This document shows, in pieces, positions 54,578 to 64,000 of a stretch of 64,000 bases of DNA. A program made the position numbers and the translations under genes. The stretch is taken from NCBI RefSeq assembly GCF_009914755.1, contig NC_060925.1; one strand, given 5' to 3'. This DNA is from the human T2T-CHM13v2.0 reference genome, Homo sapiens. The notes beneath the pieces are model-generated. The model had not been told where the DNA came from, ran no database searches, and worked only from the letters and a program-made list of their open reading frames with translations. Position 1 is the stretch's first letter. Each line of letters begins with the position of its first letter.

Positions 54578-57239
54578 TAGATGATTCAGACCTCAGACCA
54601 GATGTGTTCTCAGAAAAGTCTTCCCTGACATTCAATTTACAGCTACCCTTCCAAATCTCTTTTATCATATCATGAAGTTTTTAAGAGTTTCATTGTCTTC
54701 AGAACACTTATCGCTATCTGAAGTTACCTATTTATTTCTTCCCTGTTTATTGTTCTTATTAAAGTGTGGACCCCAAGAAAGTCAAGATGTTCTTTCTCTT
54801 AGAGGAAATAGAGTGTAATGGTTTGGTGCACTAGGGCCAGACTGTCTCCACAACTTTCCAGTATGATATTGACAAAGCTGTTTCACCTCTTTGTACCCTG
54901 AAATGGAGCTAATAATAGTCCTAACAGGCAACAATAGTTATTGCAAGAATTAAATCAGCTACTACATTGTAGTTATTAATAGAAATTCTAAGTATTCACT
55001 GTTTAGCATCTGAATTGTATATAGTAAGTGCTCATTAAATATTTTTAGATTCATTGAACACTGGAATGAGATGAGATAGGACCAGTTTATTGTAAAGCAT
55101 CTATTATATGCTGTTCAGCATTATGCTATGGATTTGCGAGATTTGATTGAAAAAAATAGTCCCCAAAGAGAAATCTAATGAGGGAAAGGAGGAAGGAACT
55201 TTAGGGAAATTCAGTGACAGGACTGGCAGAAGAAACATTTTCAGAACACACTGAAGATTGAGCTGAACAATGCCATCCAGCTGTAACTCACACAGTCAGG
55301 TGCAGGACTCGCCAGGTGAATTCAGCACAAGGATTTAGAAATCCTGGCATTCCAAGGCTGGGAAGGAGGGCTGAGTACACTTATGAGGAAGAGGCAATTT
55401 ACAGGGGTGCTGGGCCTCCCTTAAATGTGACAAATGGGCACCTTCCAGGGAGGGCTGAAATCCAAGGCAAATCACACTTGGTGGCCTCTTACCCCTTTCT
55501 CCTCTCTCCTCGCCCCTACTTCTTGGACATTCTATATGAGTGATGAATGGTAGAGATGCATGGAAGGTAGTCATGAAAGGGAAAAGAAGGCTCAGGAGGG
55601 AAACTCACCCTGAGGGATGTCACTGAGCAGCAGGAGGGGCCCTCAATTCAGTTTAATATACATTTATTAAGCACTAAATATGAAATGGGGGCACAGTGCT
55701 CAGTATAGGGTATACACAAGCTAAGATCTAGGTGGGCCCTCTCAAGAGCTTGCTGACCCTCTCACTTAGATGTGGTAAGCAGTAACAGATGATTCTGACA
55801 GTATCTTCACCAACCCCGGGTGGCCCTGTTTCTTCTATCTCCTTTTGAAGGGATACAACACTGGATCTGAAATCAGTAATCTGGAGTTCCTCTTATCCCT
55901 CTTAATAACTGTGCACCTTTGGGCAAGTTACTTGAACTTAAGACCATGTGAAACCACACGATCATATCATAAGAGCTATTTCTTCAAACACAGGAGTTCT
56001 CTCTTTTCTAAAAATAAGGGCTGTTACAGCCCTAGATCTCTCAAAGAGCAATAGCACGCTATAACGCTCTTGAAAGGTAGAAAAAGGGCCTTGAAGCCTC
56101 TGGTATTCTGGAAGGTGAGATGCTCAGGGACTGTGTGAGAAGTGAATGCCTCATGTTCTGTACCTCTTCAGTTGGTTCTGATGAATTTGCTCTCCCCCTC
56201 TCAGAAACTGGGACTGAGACTTCCACAGTCAATGAGTGGCAGAGAACACTGCCTCATAGTTATCTGGTGTGAACTGTCCCTAGTCTTAAAGCTGAACACC
56301 TCTGAAGAGCAGGCCTGGTGTGGTGGCAGATGAAAAGTGCCCAGGGCTGGCCCATGTTAGGAAAAAACAAGTCATATTGATTTCTTTTTGAAAGAGGCTT
56401 CTTTTATACATTCCAAAATCTTGTTTTATTCCTAGTTTTCACTGGTGACGGAAACTTTCTCCCAATAACTGCAGAGTTTATGTTGGACTTTTCTTAGAAA
56501 TCTGCATTCTAAGGTGGCCCCAAGAGATGCTCATAGGAGTCAACTTTCTAGGAGCTGGTGACCTAAGAGGGCCTTGCAGAACATGGGCCAGGCCTGAGCA
56601 GGAAACAGAAGAGTAGTGGATACCAGGACCACAGACAAGAGGCAGTGTCTATTTTAAGCAGGGATGAAGAAACTAAACCAAAATAAATAAAACACATGGA
56701 TCTTGGCTTAAAAATCCAAACAAAAGCCCCAAAAGAAAAAGCAACAATTGAGCTAAATACCTTGTTTATGAAATGTAATAGGACATACCACAAAAGCGTA
56801 ATTCCAGACAAGGCAAATGATTAAAAAACACAACAAAAAATCGAAATACTCCTTACCCATAGTATCACCCTGTGTCAGCTTCCCATGAACATCTCAATCC
56901 CAAAACCAATACTTAAGAATCCCTGGTGTCAAAGAGGGGCCAACACATATGTTTGTCACCACCGCTAACATGATGCCAACTGGGAGATGAAATAGGCCCC
57001 AGAGATTACAGCCTGAAGGGTTTTGAGTATGAAGGTCTCAGAGGCCTGCCTGCCTCCCAACTGATCCTAGTGGTCAAAAGCAGTTGCTCAAAGATTGAGT
57101 CATTTTCCAAGTCTAGAATGCAAATGGCCATTGTCACCAAGGAAATGGTGTTACAGAGATAAGCAAGTTAAGCTGCAGCACTTAGCTCTCTCAGCTGCTG
57201 TTCTCCTAATACATACATCCAAATAAAAGGCAGTCTATT

Positions 57240-57970
57240 CTTGCAATACTGCAATATAATTCTGAAACTGACTAAGCAGAGTCAGTGCAGACTCCCCAAG
57301 TTAAGGCCACAGTCTCAAATAAGAATGCCTTCACTTCCAGATGCTAGCCACAGGTTCAGGGGTTCCCAGGCCACCCACACTTCTAGCCAACTGGTTATAA
57401 ATTCTGTGGCTTCTACAATGCTTCAGGCTTGATAATTCACTAGAATGACTCACAGAACACAAGCCCTATCTTTATGATGATAGTTTTTATTATAAAAGCT
57501 ACAAATCAGGAAGAGCCAGATAAAGACACATACAGGGCAATATCTGGGAGGGTCCTGCATATGGAGCTTCTAGGCCCTCTCCTTGTGCAATCAGGACACA
57601 TTGCCCTGCTGACACAGCAATGTGTTCACTAGGAAGTTTAACTGAGCTTTGGTGTCCAGAGTTTTTATTGGGTTCCATTACTTAGGCATAATTAAATTAT
57701 TGGCCTTGTGATTGAACTCAATCTTCAGTCCCACTCTCTTCTGCTGAAGAAGATGAACTAATACAAAGCCCTGACCTTCTAATCATGTGGATGTCTTTCT
57801 GATGATAAACTCTTATCCTGAGTCATCGCATTACCATAAACACAGGTGTGATCCAAGGGGCTCATCATGCATAACAAAGACACTCCTAACACTCGGGGAG
57901 TTCCAAGGGTTTAGAAATTATTTCCCAGGAACTGAGGACAACGGCCAGACAAATTCTCTATTATACAACA
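57240..57970 (-). mobile_element. MER21C-like LTR
   Basis: cacttcagatgctagc..gataattcactagaatgactcacagaac..gtccagagtttttattgg..aaattctctattatacaaca. Confidence 0.7.
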
Positions 57971-58149
57971 GTTTCTTAGTGATGAAGGGTGTGGGCTCTG
58001 GAGTCAGGCAGGTCTGAATTTGGCATTGTGCTGTGAGACCTTGGGCAACTTACCTAACCTCTCTCAGCCTCAATTGCCTCATCTAAAAAGTGGGGATAAT
58101 AATACTGTTATTACCACATTGAGATCGGCAACATTTGATAGACATGGAA

Positions 58150-58441
58150 TTCAGGCTACTATAATAACAAGCATTTTTTTTTTCTAGTAGCTGCATTCAA
58201 GAAAGTAAAAACAAACAGGTAAAATATTGCTAATATATTTTTCTTAACATGTGCAAATATCATTTCAAGAGTCAATATTAAAACAATTACTAATGAAATA
58301 TTTTACATTATTTTCTATATAAAGTCTTGAAATCTGGTATATATTTTACACCTACAGCACATCTCTGTTTGGACTGGCCCCATTTCAAGTGCTCAATGGC
58401 CACGTTTGGCTTGCAGCAAGGCTACTATATTGGACGCTGCA
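58150..58441. mobile_element. MER33/MER3-type hAT MITE
   Basis: tttctagtagctgcatt...catttcaagtgctcaatggccacgt...ctactatattggac. Confidence 0.75.
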
Positions 58442-58914
58442 GATAGATTTAATACTATTGCTATCCCCATTAAATGAGTTAATGCTCAGTGTCATAATTG
58501 TTCCCATTCTACAAATGTTAACTAAAATATGTGTTTGTTTGCATGTGAATGTGTGTGCATGCACATGGAGGGGTAGTGACCAATGACTAAAATCTACGGT
58601 GCTATAAGCCACACTACACCAGGAAGTCATTCGGCTCCCATGGAACATCAAATAGCCACTCTATTTTCAGGAAAAGAAACACTTCAACTTGGAGAAGAGA
58701 GGCTCTCTGATCGATTAACTACAGCATGCTCTTTTATTTCAGCACTCCAACATCTCCCAGTGCACGTTTTAATATGAGCCAAATCAAGTAGCCACGACAA
58801 TAGCTTTGAATGAGAAAAGACACCCCAAAAGCAGTGCGCAGATACATGGGGATGCCTGAAGGAGCTCAGAATGGCTTAAGGAGTAGGGGGAAGAAAAACT
58901 GCAGAGAGGAGCTT

Positions 58915-59010
58915 TGACTCACTGAGTCATTGAGCAACTGTTCTGTGCCCTCTCAGGCTACTTCCCACAGCCACCGCCCAGCCAACAGCTAGCTGCACCC
59001 AGCCAATCAC
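58915..59010. promoter_or_regulatory. Candidate intronic enhancer: double AP-1, RBPJ, CCAAT
   Basis: TGACTCAcTGAGTCA, TTCCCACA, agCCAATca; motif evidence only. Confidence 0.45.
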
Positions 59011-61709
59011 TCACTCCACTCCCTGGAAAAAGCTCCACATTGGGAAGCCAGAAGAATGTCACTAGCAAGAGATTGATTTCAAGGTAATTATTTAGGCAAC
59101 TTTGTAGCATCTCATTCTCAGGCCTAAAAGTGTTCTCAGAGTTTGTTTTAATAAATGCATGTATTAATATGAAGTCTCTGTGTCTTTTAATAATGATATA
59201 CCACATTCAGCTCCTCCCAATCTTTGTAAGAGAGGGCTTCCTGGACTCCATAACCACAGCATTCCTCCAGCTCTTTCTATTCACTGGAGCAGAAATGGGG
59301 CTTTCTAGCCATCCTCAAGGTAGGAATTAAGAGATTCACCTAGTAAGTGTACATGAATAGATTTTTACATAATATGCAAAATTAATTATAATATACTCAA
59401 CCAATTCACATATTTTATCAAGGAAGACAAGCTAATTATCTGTCAAAGAATTATCTCCTATTTAAAGGGCACTTTACCTCAATTTGGCAAAATGAACTAA
59501 TGGGAATTATCTTTCCATTCTGATGTGTTTTTGCTGCCTGTGTTTGCTTAAGCCCCTAGAAGACTTCAGCACTGCACTAAAACCTCAGGATTTAGAAAAG
59601 TTGAGAGGAAGGGAGACACAAACACATCTACTCAGCATCTCACTAAATCTACCTCTTGCTGCTTTTATTGTCCCTTTCAGAGTGTTTTATCTACAGTGTA
59701 AAACTGGGAGTGACTCATATTTATGAAATAAGGAGCCGTTGTTAGCCTTGCCAGATCATTCACTTCCACAATAGCTTCTGATTTTTAATAGCGCTGAGTG
59801 GTGCTTCCTCATGTCCTCACTCTATCCACCAAAGAGGTCCAAGATCTGCAATATGTGCCTTACAGGACATGTGGTAAACACACACATTCAGGATCAGTAT
59901 CAAGACCTGTGGTCAAGGATAAAGATGTCCCTAAAAACTCACAACTTTGATAGGTATTTGGATCTTACACTCAGGAAAGAAAAGCAGAAGTTAAAAAGTG
60001 AAAGAGAATTGGGGGGAAAAATAAACTCAAACTGGCAACTAGCACCCAAAATGGCAGCTAGTACCCATTTCTCTAAATGGGGAGTGCAGTTGGGTGGGAA
60101 GGTGGAGAAAATTCCAAACAAGGGTTTCCTTCAAGAGGTTTCTCTTGTCATACCAAAACCTTGGAAACAATCTTAATTTATATTAATAGGCAAGTAAGTA
60201 AAATGTGGTAATAAGACAGGTTACAGCATTAAAGAAGAAAATCTATGATCACAACACAGGAAGCAAAAGTACATGCAATATAAAGTGAAAATGAATTTCA
60301 GTTACTATGTGAGAAACCCTGAAAAACATGCACATATATGGGTAGAGAACAAAAAGAAATGTAAAAATGAAACTAGGCCAGTCAGGGCGGGATTAGTAAT
60401 ATTATGTTTTTCTTTCTAAAATGTTCTTAATATCTTAACAATAAGTATACATAAAGTGTTTCTGCTAAGACTTTTATAAGATTTCCTTACATAGAAATAG
60501 CATATAATTTTTCAGCACAGCACTATTTCAGGAAAAAAAAAAAAAAAAACCCTATGTAGTTATCTATCCACCCCAAAAGAAACACTGGGTTTTTCCAAAC
60601 TTTTAAACAAAAAGATCTACCAAGCATCAGAAAAGTATCTCCTACTTGTACTGCATTAGTGGTGACATCAAAGCATTTTACTGAACTATACCACTCATAT
60701 ATCAGTTGAATATAAGCAGATTATGAATTATTATTGTAGAGATTCAATATTATAATTATGGTTGATTTTCAATAAATGTTAGCTAGTATGCATTCGTTAT
60801 TGTTCAAAGCACTTCTACATATGTTATCTAATTCTCAATTGAGCCCATGAGAAAAGAGCCATTACCCTCCCCATTTTATAGACAAGCAAACAGAGGCACA
60901 GAAAAGTGAATTTGTCCAAAATTATAATAATTGGCAAAATCAGAATTCAAACTCAGCAGCCTGGTTCCAGAATCTGTGCCCTTAACCTCCAAACTATACT
61001 CCCTTCGCAAGAAAATATATAAACTGAATACAAATATAAGGGAGCATCAGCCGGCTCATTCAATTAGTCACTATATACGCTCCTAAGAAAGGTAATGAGA
61101 AAAATTATGGAATGACCTGGCTGAATACTTGAACCCACAAGATTTGCTTATTTAACAACAACTCAGATACTAATCCAAAGGATTATATACTGGTTGGGCT
61201 TCTAAACACCCTAAACTGAGAGTTAGGAAACATGAATCCTATGCCAGTACTGCTAATAGCTATTTATATCCTCCTGGATAAGTAATCAGTTTCTATGTCT
61301 GTAAAATGGGATGGTTAGATCAAATGCTTGATAACATCTCTCACAATTCTGTAACACCATGTTCTTTGAAAAATGTCTTTCCTTTCTAATTCAACATAGA
61401 GTAAGTGAATGCTTGCTGTGCAATGGACTATAATTCTGTGGTTTTTCAACATTTCTAAAGTCATCCTGGGGTTGTTGTGGTTCAGAAAACTCACCTTGCC
61501 ATGTAAATGTGAGAACTTATGATCAGTGAAGTTAATCTCCTTGAATTTATTTTAAGCTTTCTTAAAATTGATTACTTTTATATTTCAGAATAAAAAATGC
61601 TCAGATTTTTAAATTTTGTTCTCCATTCACTAATTCTACTGCCTTGATCACCCATGTCCCCCTCCCTTCCCCTCTCACTGGAGGACCTGAGTGTTTGGGG
61701 TGACCTTAC

Positions 61710-62108
61710 TGCTATGGTTTGAATATGTCCCCCAAAGTTCATGTATTGGAAACTTAATTGTCACTGTAGCAGTATTAAAAGATGGGGCCTTTAAGAGGAG
61801 ATTAGGTCATGAGGGCTCCACTCTCAAGAGTGGATTAAGACCATAATTGCATGGCCATTCCATGGAGTGGATCATCACAGGGGTGGGTCCTAATAAAAAG
61901 GATGAACTCTTAGCCTCCATTTTCTCACTGTCTTACACACTTGCTCATCATGTGATACCCTCCACCATGGGCTGACCTTGCCAGATGTTGGCACCCTGCT
62001 CTTGCACTTCACAGCTTCCAGAACCATAAGCCAAATAACCTATGGTTCTTTGTAAATTACTCAATCTCAGGTATTCTGTTTTAGCAGCATAAAATGAACT
62101 TAGTGACG
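61710..62108 (+). mobile_element. MST (MSTB/MSTD) MaLR LTR
   Basis: tgctatggtttgaatatgtcccccaaagttcatgt...ggggcctttaagaggagattaggtcatgagggc...aaattactcaatctcaggtattctg. Confidence 0.85.
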
Positions 62109-64000
62109 AAACCTTATAGTTGATATCTGAGAGGACAGTCACATACTTTCACTGTGTGAAGCTGGGTGCTCTGTCAGAAGACAGATTCTGCCTCTATGAA
62201 TGCTGCCCCTAACACAGGATTCCAAGGAGTCCATCCTGCTGTCCTTCAAATGTGTTCATTATTATTTTTCCCAGGGTCTGTCCTTGCCACACCTCCAGAT
62301 TACCTGAGCTATATTTGTAGGCTTAGACTGTAGAAGGGAAGAACAGAGATAAGAAAGATTAGGAAAGGAGAGGAGAGAAACTAAACAGTAAATGGTTTGA
62401 TAGGATCTGTTCACTTATCCCTGATAACTAACCTTCCCAAAGGGCAATCATAACCTACTAGAGATTCTTTCTTCACCTACTTGAGGGAAAACAATCTATA
62501 GTTTTCATTATCATCCACACTAATAGGACAGATAATGAATATAAAGCATAAACAATCAAATACCTTTGGCATTAGAGTCTTTAGGATGTAGTCATCATAC
62601 TCGTCACAGATTCTTTCTTGTTCTTTTTACCTAACTTTGTACTTGTACTTTTCTTTACCTTTGTTCATCTACTTCCTACTCCAGAAAGTGGGTTTATTAA
62701 TGTGTGCAAAAGCAGGAAATATCATCCTTCTATCCACAGGCTACTAGGAGAATGAATTCTAAGGTTCCAGATATCAAAAGCAAACTGAGCAGAAGTATAC
62801 CAGAGCTACACCCAGGATCCACTAGGCACCAGCTGAGTAACACTGGACAAGTGCCTGAACCTCTCCGAGTTTCAGTCCCTCGTATGTAAATTGGAAAGGG
62901 ATCATGAGACATAACACTTGTGGCATAGAGTCTGGCATGTAAGAAATACTTCATATATGTTAGAATTATCACAGTTTTCAAAAGTTTGTTTTGCTCAAAT
63001 TTTTATTCCTTAAAAAACTGTCATGACCAAAATTTAAAGTATCCAAAAGCTGGGATATAATTTGAGGCAAGGTTACTGGGAAGCCAGTCTACTCTAAGGA
63101 CACAGAATAGGCTACTCACCTTAGCAATGGAATTTTTATTTGAGGATATACAAGAAAAATGGGGAAAGGAAGATGGCATTATAACTAAGGCACCACAGAG
63201 GTAAAGCACAACTAAAGCCACCATAAGGAATGAGACTTGCAAATAGATATGGCCAGCCTGAAAAGAATTTGGGCTTTGAAATCATAAGAACTGGATTTCA
63301 ATCCTTATTCTCTCATTTACTAGTTAATAACAAGGGAGAAAATATTTAATCTGTTCCTCAGATTCCTGAGCTATAAAAGTCAGGATATAAAATGACGTTC
63401 ACAGAGCTTCTCTGAGAACTAAATAAGACACATATATGACAGCCCAATGCCCAGCATCTAGAAAGCATTCAATAGCTTTTAACTTGTTTTTCTTCCAAAC
63501 TATCTGGAAAATAATTTTCTAATTTCAGGGATGACAGGTTGGTCACAGAGCCAGAGTAGTTCTATGTGATTAACTGATGTTCTGCTGGCAGATTAAAATA
63601 TCACCTCATGAGAACCATAAGACCCGTTCCTTTAAAGTCTTATCATAAAAACATAGCATTTTAATAAAAATAGAAATTAAAAGAAACAATAGAAAATGTC
63701 CTCTATCTCTTCAGGGAAGGCCCTCTTAGAAGTTTGTGTCTAGTCTTATTCTTTTAAGACAGGAAGAAACACTGTAATGATTGAAGAAAATGACTCACAG
63801 TCTTCAATACTGGAGCCCAGAACTCAGGTCTGGGAGCTAGAAGATATGTTGCTGTCACCCTAAGACCCTCAACCCTCATGTTATTCTTTTCTGTCCACTC
63901 CCCCACCCCTCCTCTTTCTCCTTTCAATTTGTTTTTTGCTTCTCTCTTGCCAGTAGCAACAGCTGGTAATATTTAGCTCAATGGTAGTGAAGCTCAGGGC

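Noticed and set aside
53912-57970. Oppositely oriented MER21 LTRs as a provirus or dsRNA pair
   Set aside because: Inverted orientation excludes a provirus, and they appear too diverged for a long duplex.

Overview
Primate (almost certainly human) genomic DNA. It holds the 3' half of DUSP10 (MKP-5, a JNK/p38 dual-specificity phosphatase) on the minus strand: the last two coding exons (40296-39925 and 36507-36242), a 3'UTR of about 1 kb, intron 3, and most of the large intron 2, which runs off the right edge. The left ~35 kb is repeat-rich downstream sequence: old L1/L2/MIR, a Charlie1 with nested Tigger and MLT1, a decayed ERVL pol/IN/dUTPase provirus, and MaLR/ERVL LTRs. No other protein-coding gene is supportable. 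The most notable unexplained structures are: (1) a BC200-RNA-type monomer, a 19-nt spacer and an AluY enclosed by a single 14-bp TSD with a pure A49 tail, suggesting a composite trimeric retroposon; (2) a perfect 98-bp palindrome (48-bp arms) inside an old LTR; (3) a second tandem-plus-inverted templated-insertion scar in intron 2; (4) candidate AP-1/ATF feedback enhancers, antisense promoters and an extended miR-183 site. Repeat subfamily names come from recalled consensus sequences and need RepeatMasker/Dfam confirmation.
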